From Octopus sinensis (Eukaryota): a DNA stretch of 64,000 nt. The DNA lies in contig NC_043017.1 of NCBI RefSeq assembly GCF_006345805.1, positions 16,430,001-16,494,000 of the forward strand, written 5' to 3'. The notes under the pieces were generated by a model. The model did not search any database. It had not been told where the DNA came from and saw nothing but the letters and a program-made list of their open reading frames with translations. The number at the start of each line of letters is the position of its first letter. The first letter of the stretch is position 1. The position numbers and the translations under genes are program-made. Shown here piece after piece: positions 1 through 61,357 of this stretch.

Positions 1-16
1 AATTAATATATATATT

Positions 17-55
<39 letters not shown>

Positions 56-127
56 TATATATATAAATTATATCATATATATATATATATATAAATATTA
101 TATATATATTATATATATATTATCTAT

Positions 128-174
<47 letters not shown>

Positions 175-323
175 TATATAAGTAGTTGAATGAATTATCC
201 TAGTGTGGATAATTCGGTTACCGATACCCGGTAGCAAATTCACGTCAGAAACACGATTGAAGCTACATGCCAAGGGCAGAGATCACGTGCTTTCGTGTGG
301 AAATTTGTGTGTTTTTTTTACTT

Positions 324-529
324 CGACATATGTTTCGAAGACTGCATTATGCCGCCTTCTCATCAGGAAAGATAAGGAACTTATGTCAGCTACGTGTGGG
401 CAGTCATCTAAAAGTTTTTGTTCATCATAATGCTGACATAAGTTCCTTATCTTTCCTGATGAGAAGGTGGCATAATGCACCCCTTATTCCTTCGGAATTA
501 GGAATATGCAGTCTTCGAAACATATGTCG
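324..529. repeat. Branched inverted repeat between (TA)n tracts
   Basis: 344-390 pairs with 432-478 (one G/T variant); 324-347 pairs with about 507-529. Confidence 0.8.
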
Positions 530-594
530 GAGAATAAAAGGAATTTTTGTTAAATCGGTCATTCGACTCCATTCTTTCATTTATTTATATATAT

Positions 595-645
<51 letters not shown>

Positions 646-650
646 TAAAT

Positions 651-682
<32 letters not shown>

Positions 683-709
683 ATATATAAGATATATATG
701 ATATATATA

Positions 710-755
<46 letters not shown>

Positions 756-842
756 ATATATTATATATAATATATCTATATAAGACATATATATAATATA
801 TATATATATACATATATATAATATTATCATCATCATAATCTA

Positions 843-890
<48 letters not shown>

Positions 891-1139
891 AGACTCATAC
901 ATACACATACACGCACACATAAGATGTACTGGGCCTATGAGATTATCCTTGACTACATGCTAGCCATTATGTCCATGCTGCTGGTTTGCAAAAGTAATAC
1001 GTGCAAAGAAAGAGTCCTGCATGAAACTTAAAAGCTAAGGAAAAAGAAAAAAAAAGAAAAAAAGAAAGGAAAGGCATGTCATGGCGTGGGGGGTGGGGGT
1101 TGCAAACCAGGAAATTGAGTTGATGAGGAGAAATACTCA

Positions 1140-47998
<46,859 letters not shown>

Positions 47999-48079
47999 GC
48001 AACAGGGGAAACATATACTTTTTTTCAGTTCCCTTTTCTTTATTTAATTTTTGCTTCTATCTTATTCTACCTCATTTAC

Positions 48080-48122
<43 letters not shown>

Positions 48123-48584
48123 TATTATTATTATTATTATTGTTATTATTATTATTATTATTGCTATTATCGGTATTGAGGTTATTAATACTTTTGCTTT
48201 TGGAACTGATCATAGGTATGTAAATATTTACACACACACACACACATATATACATATATATATATGCAAACACACTCTTATATATATAAATATTAGTGTG
48301 TGTGTGTGTGTGTGCATGTGTGTGTATGTATGTATGTATGTGTGTATGTATATATGTGTGTATGTGTGTATGTATGTATGTATACACACACAGTTAATAC
48401 TAAATAGTTATAATGTTCTTAGTAACATTCAAAGTTGAAAGGACTCAATATTTTAGATAGAGCAGCTATTTACTATATACTGTGAGACTTCCAACTTACA
48501 GAGTTTATATATATATATATACACATACACTACATATACACACATATATACATATATATATATATATACATACATATATATATA

Positions 48585-48622
<38 letters not shown>

Positions 48623-49252
48623 CTATAGACTACATGATAACATACATATCTATGCTTGTATGTGTAAATATATACATATATCTATGCATATAATTATGTT
48701 GCAATTTACATACATACATATATATATATATACACATACACTACATGTACACACATATATACATTACATATATGTGTGTGTTGTATAGTTAGCATTAATT
48801 AATGTGTTACATCTTCAGTAACACTACAATGATAGTTATGTGTGAATATACAAGCATGCATGTTTGTGTTTTGATACATGTGTAACAACCAGGTCCATGT
48901 ATAAACATAGACCGTTGAATTGCTAATGAGGTTTTACACCTTAGGAAAGGTAAATGTCTTTTTTTCTTTTTTCCGATTCATTTTCGTTTTCTTTTGCATA
49001 TTTCCGTTTAAATTTCCAACCTGGTATAGCTAAGTATATCTTTTGTCAGACTTTTCCATCATAGTGACCAAAACAGTACTTCACCTGTTGTTAAAGAAGA
49101 AAATATAATAATTTTAGTTTAGAGGTATTTTTGTATCGATACTAAACAACAAAACAACTTGGTTTAGATTACTAAATAAAAAAAAAAAAAATAGGCAAAA
49201 TAATAGTATATCAAATTTTAAATCTGAATTTTTAAGGAATCAAATATATTAT

Positions 49253-49474
49253 TACTCTTTTACTCATTTACTTGTTTCAGTCATTTGACTGCGGCCATGC
49301 TGGAGCAGCGCCTTTTAATCGAGCAACTCGACCCCGGGATTTATTCTTTTGTAAGCCCAGTACTTATTCTATCAGTCTCTTTTGCCGAACCACTAAGTGA
49401 CGGGGACATAAACACACCAGCATCGGTTGTCAAGCGATGCTAGGGGGACAAACACAGACACTGAAACACACACA

Positions 49475-49544
<70 letters not shown>

Positions 49545-49711
49545 TACGACGGGCTTCTTTCAGTTTCCATCTACCAAATCCACTCACAAGGCTTTGGTTG
49601 GCCCGAGGCTATAGCAGAAGACACTTGCCCAAGGTGCCACGCAGTGGGACTGAACCCGGAACCATGTGGTTGGTTAGCAAGCAACTTACCACACAGCCAC
49701 TCCTGCGCCTA
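49253..49711 (-). mobile_element. SINE family A with expanded internal (TA)n
   Basis: High identity to the other copies. Confidence 0.9.
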
Positions 49712-51559
49712 TAAATTATTAAATTATATTCTTTTCAATGTAAGGAGTTTCACATTTTTTTCATCCAGACAGTTCATCCTGCACATTGATAGGTTTGTAG
49801 AATCAGCTTTTGAATATCCAATTAACTCAAAGCTCAAAATTGAAATTGGTCAAATACTACAGTTTGCAACTACTTTTATCACTTTAGGTAATTTGCTAAA
49901 ATGTACAAGGTTGTCTAACATTTAACTTCCCTGAATTATTTTTGTGCTGAATTTCCCTCCACATGGTGTAATTAGTGCATTGATTAATGTTTGTCATTTA
50001 AGTCTGGGAAAGACAGTTATGAAAATTCTCACTGAAAAACTTGCATAGATACTTTATTTACAGTGTTCAAATGTTTGTGATACACATAAGCCCACCACCT
50101 CCATCAAATTGACATTGCTTATACAGGTGCATTGTGTACCTCACATCAGTAGTTGCAGAGCAACCTGTGATGAGGTGTTTTTTGCTCGAAATACAAAGCA
50201 CTGCCCAGTTCGTGAATTAAATCCACAATCTCGCAGTTGTACATGTTACACCCTTATCATTAAACAACACATTCTAATGGGTAGATACTGCTACCTACAT
50301 ACAAACATCTTAAATTTTGATGACTTTATTATATTGTCATGTTTTAAATATTTATTAAACATTATTTTTTTCTCCTCATCAACTGGAAAATTGCATCAAT
50401 ATTCAAAGAAAAAAATACTTTATTTACATGGGAACCAATCAAGCCAATAAAGGAAACTTTGTATGATTACTTGGTCTGCCAGAAATTCTGCTTGCAACCT
50501 CACTCAATCCTCTTAAAAGAGGAATGGCTTATTAGCCAATGTTGTCCAAGATTTACAAAAAAGATGGAATGGCCACTGGTAAACATGCCTTGAGAAACTG
50601 CTTTCATCTGAGTGCTCTGCACGACACTCTCAAACTCTGAGTTACTCCTGTAACATTTTGTGTCTTCTTTATTTAACAAACAACTTAATCCTAATTGGTT
50701 TTACGACAATACCAAATTGCATTTTTACATCAAGTATCTCATTGCATTTGGTGTTAGGATCCAATTTCATTACTTTGCTCTTATAAATATTTACGACCTC
50801 TGATCTAGCAAAAGATAATGGTTTCGTCCAGTGAGAATCAGTTCTGACATTTCTGCTTTTAGACTGGAACTTTCAAGCCATTGTTGACTTTCACTTTCAC
50901 TCAGTTCTTCTCTATGAAGTCTTGCAGGGTGTTGGTCATGGAGTGGTTTTTCTCTGTGTTTCTTCTTTGGTATGTTTTGTAATTTCGTTTTGAAAGTGTT
51001 TATTGTAACTTTAACCAGTTCTGCTCTTTTATTTTCTGAATTTATCATTTCTACTTTATCAGCATTTCTTCCAATTTTACATTCTGAGTTCAAATTCCTT
51101 GTTACATGATAGTGAGATGTGTACAAACTGCAATGCTACATGGAAGTGAGACATGAGTCCTAAATACAGAGGACGCACAAAGACTAGAGAGGAACGAAGC
51201 TAGTTTGCTTTGTTGGCTGTGCAATGTCAGTGTACATGTCTGACAGAGTGCCACTGTATTGAGAGAAACGTTAGGCATAAGAGAAATTAGATGTAGTTGG
51301 TAAGAGAGACGGCTGCACTGGTTCAGTCACATATGGACAAGGACAGTCACGTAAAAAAGACATGGGATGAAGTATTGAAGGCCAATCACATGTTACGCAC
51401 TGGGGTTGATGTAATCAACTTAATCCCTTTTTCTTCCTTGTTTAACCCCCTGCGGGCAATAAAGAAAAAATATTGCATAATATTGTTAATACATAATATT
51501 GTTAATATTGTTAATATTGTGTGTCTATATTCTATTTGCTTTTATTCATATAAATTTAC

Positions 51560-51971
51560 GATAGGCGTAGGAGTAGCTGTGTGGTAAGTAGCTTGTTTAC
51601 CAACCACATGGTTCCAGGTTCAGTCCCACCGCGTGGCACCTTGGGCAAGTGTCTTCTACTATAGCCTCGGGCCGACCAAAGTCTTGTGAGTGGATATGGT
51701 AGACGGAAACTGAAAGAAGCCCGTCGTATATATGTATATATATGTGTGTGTGTGTTTGTGTGTCTGTGTTTGTCCCCCAAACATCGCTTGACAACCGATG
51801 CTGGTGTGTTTACGTCCCGGTAACTTAGCGGTTCGGCAAAAGAGACCGATAGAATAAGTACTAGGCTTACAAAGAATAAGTCCTGGGGTCGATTTGCTCG
51901 TCTAAAAGGTGGTGCTCCAGCATGGCCGCAGTCAAAATGACTGAAACAAGTAAAAGAGTAAAGAGTGAAAG
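51560..51971 (+). mobile_element. SINE family A, full length
   Basis: High identity to the other copies. Confidence 0.9.
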
Positions 51972-52067
51972 AGAGATATGACTGATATAATTTGAGATGA
52001 AGTGAATTAAGGATAGCAGTGCAACATTTCGGAAAAAAAAAGAAGAACGAGAGAAAAAGAAGAAGAA

Positions 52068-53335
52068 ATGCGAAATGAAGGTGCCATAATTAAATTTCTC
52101 ATCAGACCCAAGCGTTCAGCTGAAACTGGTATTACTGTAGAAGGTCATGGAGATGATGTTGTTAATGAAGTGGAACTTGAAGAGAAAATAGATGATGATG
52201 ATGATGATGATCCACCACAAACTACTGAAGAACAAAACTCTAATATTAATTTGAAAGACATTGGGATGTGGCCTGCTAAGTTTAATCAAGGTGACGGTAT
52301 TCGGGAAATCCTTGGGCAACAAGGATCGAAGTTCTGTGCAAAAATATTGACTGTGGATTCAAAGAAGTTGTACGTCCGGGACAAATAAGAAAACTGAAAG
52401 GGGAGACTGGAAGACTGTCAAGAAACTGTTTTTTTTTTTCGAACTTTACAAAGCGGGGGGAAAAATCTTGAGAACTTGGATGATATACTCTCCATCGAAA
52501 GAAGCTGTGTTTTGTTTTTGTTGTCAGCTATTTTCAAATGAAAACTCAAAGTTTTGCTCTGTTGATGGTTTCAAATCTTGATGGAAGTTGAACCCTAAGA
52601 TACAAGAGCATGAATCTAGCCCTGCGCATGAAAATGCGTTCACTCAGTGGAAAGAGCTAGAAATTCGCCTTTCCAAAGGCAAGGTACAACAAAGGTACAA
52701 CATAGAACAACAAACTCTTGTTGAAAATGAAACAAAGAAATCTAAGCAAATCCTGACTCGATTCTGGGACATGATTATGTTTCTTGCTAAGCAAAACCTA
52801 GCTTTACGAGGCCAGAGAGAAGACATTCGAGTTAAGAAGGCAAATGAAAATGAAGGAAATTTTCTGGAGCGTGTCCAACTGATTGGAAAAAATCCGACCC
52901 AGTGCTACATGAACATTTGGTGAAAGTAGAAACTAAGTTTACAACTTTTTACCTCTCACCAAAAATTCAGAATGAATTTGTGAACGCCCTGGGAGATCAG
53001 GTGAGAAAGGAAGTTACCGATTAAGTGAAACAGTAAATACTATTGCATTATTTTTCATAGTACTCCAGACATTTCGGATATTGACCAAATTTCTCAGGTG
53101 CTACGTTATTTCAAAATAGATGAAAAGGAAATAAAAGTAGAAGAACCCTTTCTTTGTTTTATTGAGATGAAAGGCAAAAATGCTGAGCAATGATTCTGAA
53201 GCAATTAGAAATGGACGACATTAACATTGAAGACTATCGTGGACAAGCATTTGATAATGCGGCAGTAAGTGCAGCAAATCGATGCGGTGTTCAAGCGCGC
53301 ATCACAGAAGTTAATCCCAAAATCCAGGTGCTACT
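52068..53335 (+). pseudogene. hAT transposase pseudogene (TTF zinc finger plus DUF4371/ZMYM1-like region)
   Basis: AVFCFCCQLF, HESSPAH, FLAKQNLALRG, GNFLE, LSPKIQNEF, TPDISDIDQ, RGQAFDNAA; several stops and frameshifts. Confidence 0.85.
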
Positions 53336-53596
53336 TACTCAAAGAATCTCCAAAAGATATCTGAAATCATTCCCCTGGAGAATGGAGGCCTTGTGCAAGT
53401 TGTTTTAAAGCCAGGAATGCCAGATGTTACTCTTGTGGAAGCACAAAACACAAGAAAGCTTTTTGTCCTCAAGAAAAAAAACAAACAAACAAACTAAATC
53501 CTCTTTACTGCCCACGCTACAGCTACATAAGTCCAACAGCAGCATCAAGAAATACGGAAATGTGTGTGCGCGCCCGCAAACAAACACACGTACACA

Positions 53597-53635
<39 letters not shown>

Positions 53636-54029
53636 CACACGTACACACACACACACACACACGTACACACACACATACACACACACACATACACACACAC
53701 ACAAAAGCCCGTCTCCACCTTGCCCCTCTGAGTCGTCGTCAAATGAAGGAAAAAACGAGGAACCCAGCCAAAGCAAAAAGCGGAAAATATGACCCCCACC
53801 ACAAAAACACAAACGTAGATGAAACACCAAAAAAATATTAAAAAAACTTAAAATTGTCCACACCAGCAAAAGCGCGGGAAAAGCACAAAGAACAACAAAA
53901 GCAACAAAATCCAAAGCCATCATCACAACAACCGAGTCTGCTGCATTGCTCCATCAACGACAAAACCACCAAAAGAAAACAGCCACAACAAACAACTATG
54001 CACACAAATAGAAAACATTGTCCCCTTCA

Positions 54030-54175
54030 CATTAGCGTAGCCAGTAGGGCGGTAGGGGCGTCCGCCCCGGGCGGCACTTTTGGGTCTGTTGTAGGTAATA
54101 TGTGTCTTTTGTGGGGTCCGGGGGCAGCAAATGGAAGGGCTGCCCCGGGCGGCACACACTTTAGCAACGCTAGTA
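54030..54175. mobile_element. 146-bp hAT-type MITE with an 8-bp TSD
   Basis: TSD CCCCTTCA at 54022-54029 and 54176-54183; imperfect TIRs CATTAGCGTAGC / GCAACGCTAGTA; subterminal GCCCCGGGCGGC twice. Confidence 0.85.
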
Positions 54176-54749
54176 CCCCTTCACCATTATAAACAAAAGC
54201 AGCATTGAGTTGATAAACTGCCAAGGAAAACATTACAAAGGCGAAATAATTGTAGAAGAGAGAGAATTTGATAAATTCATCCACAAAATACCTGAAGATA
54301 AATTATTAATGAGAAGGCGGAGTAAAATTTATCACTCACTCTTGGACAAATCAGGGTGTGTTAGAGGTTTTAGGAAAACCGTGAACAACACATAATTACA
54401 AAATCCTTTGAAAATCACCTTTGGAAAAGCACACGGAACCACCCACCATTCGTGATGACGAATGTCTGTAACCGCTCTATCTGTTTTGTCCCAATAAACA
54501 CGGTGTTACTCAAACTAAGGTATATAAATAAACTTGGACTCGGATCAGGTTTTTGGAGGTGCATCTCGCTTGTTAGTACTGGAATTGTATTTTGTACGCA
54601 TAGAACCATTGTGTGGAGCAAGTGTATAGCAGGAAGGGTGCAAAAGCCTGGAAAACCTGCTAAAAAACTTTCTGTTGTCTTACTGGTAGCAACTGGATTA
54701 CTCTGATGTACCAGTGTGGATATAGAGCAACCACAGCGGACCATCCAGA

Positions 54750-56200
54750 TCGATCTAAATAGAGTATCTGTTAGACGAGCGGATAGGGATTGCGTAGGAT
54801 GTCCACAGTTCGAACTGGACGGCTACACAGTCCACAAATTTGTGATCTGCTCAGTCGATTTAGATAGGACATGTAAACAGAGACACGTTTACTAGAAGCT
54901 GAACGTGTTCTGACCGGCACGCAAAGACTACAGGAACTAGTTAAGCGGCAGTTGACGGGGGCAATTGTCCACAACTGGTTGCAGGTCGATTTGAAGAGGG
55001 CGATAAGAGTAGAATTGATGGCATTTAGTAATGCGCTAGGAATATAAAGAAATAGATTAGAAGCAGTTAGCAACCTAGAAGAGGCAATTAGTAAAGGCAT
55101 CGCGACCGACGTGCCATCGGTGAGAATGGCTCTTGACCAATTCTTCGAGGAGAAACACGAAGGCTGCGTTGTCAGAGCTAAGGCCTGAGCTCTCAAACAC
55201 GAAGGAACTAAAACCGTTCGGCGTTCCGGACGGTCGAGACACGACGTGGCAACAAGACCACGATCAGGTCTTTGACGGACAAGGACGGGCGCGTGTTACT
55301 CGGTTCCGAGCAGATGTGTGCGACTCTCCAACACCACATCATGTGATTGTTTGAGGAGTGCGATGAGTCGGCGACGGCAGTGAACTGTAGTCCGAACCTG
55401 GTCGGTCTGTCACAGCTCTCAGTAGTGGACGCAAAAACCTAATAAAGGCTACTGAAATACGAACGGTGATGAGCAGTTGCACAAATTGTAAATCGCCCGG
55501 TTTGGATGGTCTGCCCTATGTATTTATGCCAGTATTGTTTGGCGGCTTCTTGGCAGATGGCTAACGTAACTGATAGCAGAACAGGAGAGTTCCTAATTCT
55601 GCTAGTCGGTGAGTGGTGACGTCGCTGAGGAAATTTTCAGCCCATAACTCTGCTAAACATCGATTAGTATTGGCGACAAGGTTGGCACTTGTCGGTAGTT
55701 CGGTCGGGGAAGCACAAATGTGCATAATCCTGAACACCACAACCTTCATTTTATGCGTACATCATAGAGCGGACTGGGGCCAAAGCTGGCATTGGAGGGG
55801 ATCAGATCAATTTGAATTAATCTAAAGCATTCGATAGGGTTGACCATTGTTAGTTGGTAGTTGTCCTGATATCAGCCAGATTCGGACATTTTCAGAGGTT
55901 GGATTGCTGCAATGCCCACCGGCATCTGCTCAGAGATCAAAGTAAACGGCCACATATCGGAGTCGCTTCACATCGCACGTTTGGTCTGTTAGGCTGCGTG
56001 CCGTCACCTCTATATGAACCGGATTTCGAGCCACTGCTACGGAACTTGGAACAGTTGAGGGGCATCATTTTCGAACTGGGACGACATTACTGTCTAGGGC
56101 TGTCGGACACCTCTGTAAGGAAGATGGTCAGCACCCATCTAAAGGAATACAATTCGGTGACAGGGACCAAAATCAACACCGACAAGTCTTACCTTTGATC
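54750..56200 (+). mobile_element. Tx1/L1-like LINE, degraded linker and RT
   Basis: KSPGLDGLPY, QPITLLN, KAFDRVDH motifs across frameshifts. Confidence 0.7.
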
Positions 56201-56939
56201 GCTGTTTGATCACTGTTTGGAATGTCTATGATTTATTTTCTTGTGGAAGAGATGCATTCCAATTATCAGGTGGTCATTCTGCTGCCAGTACCCTTTGCAT
56301 GACAGCTTTCCATTGTGATAGCAATGGCAAAAGAGATTCCATTGTGGGAAAGTTTAGAAAGACTGAAGATAGACATTTTCGTCTTCGTCAAATATTTTAA
56401 GTTCGTTTTTGAAGAGATAAAGAAAGTAGAGGGTGGTGCTACCCTCAAGTAATTTTACTGAAAGTTAGGTAAGTGTGACATCTACAGCACGAATGAATGG
56501 GTCCATTCTATGTTGCACCCGTAAGCTTTACAATACAGCTGAGATAGGACAATAAGGGTATTTCAGGCTTTGTAGAGGATTCTCAATTTGACCCTCGGTG
56601 GTTATTCGTTTCTGTTTTATGATATTGCTTTTCATGCCTGTTTTTGTTTTTTATATACACAAACATTTTAACGGGTACCTTATAATGCCTTCTCGTCCTT
56701 TATCCCTTGTGGTAAATACTAACTTCATTTAGTATTGTTTTGTTAATGATTAGTTCGATTTTATCATAGAAAATTAGTGTAGACTTATTAAGTGCCCTCT
56801 GGTGGTCTGTCAGTATCCTGATGCTCTTCAGTATTTTCGTACTGCATATTTCTAAGATAAATAGCTTTTCTTGAAGGATTTGAATCGGTTGGCTTGAACA
56901 GTTTTATGTATCTAAGTATTTTAGACAGGACTAGTGTAG

Positions 56940-58675
56940 GATATTCTTACACTATGTGGTTTGTTGTTTCGGGGAAAATATAATCCAGATTTCCAGAGAT
57001 GCCTCACAAAACTGGCGGGGCCAAACTCTGGAAATTCTGGCACAGGCCACGACCACGGACCTAGAAAGCCTCCCAGAGACAATTCGCATCGGGGAAGAAA
57101 CCATTCTGGCAGTACACGAAGAGGGGAGGCGACCCAGATGTTATAAATGCGGGAAAAGGGACACCTGAGGTCGAAGTGCCCATCTACGAAGAAGGACAAC
57201 GAAGAAGAAAAAGTCCTCGAAGAGGAGGAGAGAAAGAAGAGGAGGAGAGAAATAAGAGGAGGAGAGAAAGAAGAGGTGGTGCCCCAGCAAGGAGGCTGTT
57301 ACCCAGAGGGCGACTGCCACCAGTAAAAATAATCCGGATGAAAAGGAACCAGCAGAGATACCATCAAAGGAAGACATGGATTTCCAGATGGTGTCGCATA
57401 AAAGACCCCCAAAAAGGGAGTCGTCCACCAAGACTCAGGAGGCGGCTCCTAAAGAGAAAATAGTAAAGAAACAAGAACGAGAAGAAAAAGAAAAGAAAAA
57501 AGGAAAAAATTTAAACTAGAAAAAATTGAAATCCCTGAAAAAACTGACAGCACTACAGTAGTATACAAAAACAACAATAAATATTTAAAGTTTAACGTAT
57601 GCCAACAGTGACAGCAGAATTGCCAGAATAATCGGAAGAATTTCCCGAAAACCGTATATGGAAATGAAAGAAAGAAACACTGTGCATAGGTTGTTTGAAT
57701 GTGAGTGGCCTGAGCTCGAAGTGGAAGCAGGCTTGTTTTATCGACAATCTCAGGTCACACAGAATAGATGTTTTGGTCGCTACAGAGACCAAGTTGGACA
57801 AGCTGCAGGCCTTCTATACTCTCCTGAATGGCTTTGAGAAAATCATGTCTCCTAGTTGGACATGGGGTAAAGAGGGCGTTGTAGTTTTGCTCCGGAAAAA
57901 CTTGATCCTGCAGACACGTACGATCTTCGTGGACCCAGAAGGTGAGTCGGTCGTTCTGGATCTGACATTCAGAGGTAAGGCTTTCAGGTTGGTTGGCATT
58001 TATGCGCCTGGCACAACAGGCAAACGAAATGAGTTTTATCGACGCCTGGAGAAGTTTCTTGTGACGTGAATGACACTAGTTATGCTAGGAGACTTTAACG
58101 CTATTCTGGATGCACGTCAGGATAGCGTAGGCTCGAACGATAGGAAATGTAACTCACGCCTCGTCGATCTGTTGAAGCGATTTAGCCTGGCAGGTCGATA
58201 GAGACTTGATGATACGAGCGTTGTAATGTGGACTTGGAGTAATAACGACGGATCAGTCAGGTTGTATATAGACAGGATAATAGTTAATGCTAGAGATAAG
58301 TCTAGTTTTAGTTGTCCACAGTTCACCTATGTACCCTACACGGATCACAAATTAATGACGGGCAGGATGCATATAGATAAGGTCCATAGACAGAGATCTG
58401 GCTATTGGAAGTTCAACACGTCCCTATTGGATTGTGAAACCTACCGTAGCCAGATTAAGGAGTTAGTAATGAGGGCACTAACCGGCACTGTGTTAAATAA
58501 CCGATGGTGGTGTGCCCTCAAAGGAGCCATTCGACTTGAGTCTATTCGATTTAGCAAACAGTAGAAACCCAACGCGGCATAGATGCTACGATAAGGTCTG
58601 TGGTAAACGAACATGGACAGGAGATCCAAAGACAGGAAGAGATGTGTAAGGCCTTTCACGAGCACTTTGCTGCGT
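56940..58675 (+). mobile_element. Tx1/L1-like LINE, ORF1 (CCHC knuckle) and APE endonuclease
   Basis: RCYKCGK; NVSGL...ATETKL, VGIYAP, LGDFNA, WTWSN..IDRI, TDHKL, GYWKFNTSLL. Confidence 0.85.
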
Positions 58676-59084
58676 TGTGTATATATACGTGTGATCACAA
58701 TAAACGTATTTAAAGTTACCACCGTGTGTTTTATATATTCTTCATATCGGGTTTAATTCCAAACATTACTGTCTTCTGAGCGGAGTCATTAGCTGGAATA
58801 CTAACAATCTATCTAGTTTTACTCTTGTCTCTGTCCTGCGTTTTCTTGCTCCTGTATTATGCCGAAGTTCCAAGCATCTATATAACCCGAAACTTGTGAC
58901 ACATGCGAAATGGGAAAAATCACATGTAGCAAACAAGAACAATAAGCTCGCAAAAGTAGCAGAGCCTCGTTTAAAAGTGTTGTGGAATTGTTTGATGTTG
59001 GCAGTCTGTATTGTAAATGAAAAGCCACAATTATCGGGTATTTTTTTTGTAAATGAACCATAAATATATCGTGAGGTATACAGG

Positions 59085-59338
59085 CCATCTCAATATGGCT
59101 AACCACTAAGGGTGGGTGTTACTGTAGCTTGTAGCCCCAGGAGAACATCGTCTCCAGCTGGCTTTAGGCACACTTTCTGTGCCCTTATGGTTTTTGCAAA
59201 GGTGTGGGAAGGGTGACCTACCTTTGCAAATACCTTAAGAGCACAGAAAGTGTGCCTAAAGCCAGCTGGAGGAGATATTCTCCTGGGGCTAAAAGCTACA
59301 GTAACACCCACCCTCACTGGTTAGCCATATTGAGATGG
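59085..59338. mobile_element. Palindromic foldback element (119-bp arms, 16-nt loop)
   Basis: ccatctcaatatggctaacca...tgcaaaggt / acctttgca...tggttagccatattgagatgg. Confidence 0.88.
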
Positions 59339-59759
59339 TTATTATACTTTACATAAATATATTGTTATCGATTCATAGCCATACCCGAAAACTCCTGCAA
59401 GAATTAGCTTTGAATCCCAATCCCAAACAATAGTATTTTGCGGTGTATTGGCTTTATAGCGATAATGTGTCAAAATTTCAGTTGAAATTATTTTACTTCC
59501 TTCCTACCTATATACCTGCTGCAGACTGTCTCAGGCGTAGAGCCATTCAATACCGGCAGCAATCGTCGGTTAATATATAAGCGAAGAGAAAAACTGCACT
59601 GCGTATCTTCGATGAATAGCCTGCTCATCAAGGTCTTCCACGTGACGCAGTTGTAGGTTGCTATCAGGAAAGAAATCTGGAGTTAACTTGAAGAAACCGA
59701 TGATGATTATGATTTGTGCGCGTGCGCACACACACACGTACACATACTTGTATATTATG

Positions 59760-59797
<38 letters not shown>

Positions 59798-59802
59798 TGT
59801 GA

Positions 59803-59840
<38 letters not shown>

Positions 59841-59849
59841 TCACACTTG

Positions 59850-59880
<31 letters not shown>

Positions 59881-59883
59881 ATA

Positions 59884-59917
<34 letters not shown>

Positions 59918-60825
59918 AGTGTGAGTGTGTACGCGAGATACAGAAACGGTAATGATTTTTTTTTTTGTAATTATTTTTGTTTCTTTCAACTAAAAGTCTT
60001 CATAAAAGACTTTGTAAGTAATTTACATTTTTCGCTGAAATGGAATCCCAAATAATGAATTGATAATGAAATATCAGAATGAATTCCTTTCTTTTTGAAT
60101 AATTTATCATCAAAGATCATTACTGAAGATGTTACTGTTGTTGTTGTTGTTGTGTTCGTTTGCGTAAGCAGTAGTTTTTACACTAGTATCAGAATTAACA
60201 ATTTAAGAGTCTGTTGCCAGAACAGAGCTAACCTTCCAGCAAGAAGAATCTCTCCATTTCAATTTCATTTGGATCTATCTTCTCTTTATTAGATTTTTTA
60301 TTAAGGGGAAGATGTTAGTTCAGTCCAAAGTGTACAAGACTTCTTCTAAGGTACTTTGTTGTATCCCTAACCCCGTTTCGTCGGGATGCAACTTAAAACT
60401 TTATCTAATCAATTTTGAAAAATCCATAACAGAAATAATCCGCACGAAAGTTATAGACATTTATCTCGTTGATAATATTGGCGGGGTCGATAAATTAAAT
60501 ACCAGTCGCGTACTGAGGTCGATCTAATCTACTGACTCCCTCCCCGAAATTTCGGACCTTGTGCCTAGTGTAGAAAAGATTACTTAAATCAGTGAGCCGT
60601 ACTTTTCTGTAGTATCTACGCATTTGGACCGATTCCGGTTCACTCATCAACATTGTAGCTGCGAATTTTGGTTTGGAGGTATTCAGCCAGCATCGGAGAG
60701 GATTTATTAAGGCTGACAACGCGTTATTCCGCCTCCTAACAAGACGGCTATGTTAAGTTGGATATACAGATTACCTTTTCGCACGAATATTTCTTCTGTC
60801 GCTGATAATTATCTTTTACCTTTTA

Positions 60826-61181
60826 TGTTGTTTCAATCATTAGACTGCGGCCATGCTGAGGCATCGCCTTGAAGAAATTTCATTGAACGGGTCGACTCTA
60901 GCGCTTAAAGTCGGGTACTTATTCTATCGGTTTCTTTTGACGAACAGCTACGTTACGGCGACCTAAACACACCAACACGCCAAGCAATAGTGGGGGACAA
61001 ACACACACACAAACAAATAGATAGATAGACAAGACGGGCTTCTTTCAGTTTCCGTCTACCAAATCCACTCACAAGGCGTTGGTCGGCCCGAGGCTATCGA
61101 AGAAGACACCCAAGATGCCGCGCAGCGGTTCTGAACCTGGAATCATGTGGATGGGAAGCAAACTTCTTACCACACAGCCAC
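60826..61181 (-). mobile_element. SINE family A, degenerate (a further 5' half lies at about 63245-63400, +)
   Basis: Diverged match to the family consensus seen in this window. Confidence 0.75.
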
Positions 61182-61205
61182 ACGATATATATATATATAT
61201 ATATA

Positions 61206-61315
<110 letters not shown>

Positions 61316-61317
61316 AT

Positions 61318-61357
<40 letters not shown>

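Noticed and set aside
60495-60719. 74-aa ORF as an upstream KCNQ1 coding exon
   Set aside because: No KCNQ similarity and no convincing splice sites.
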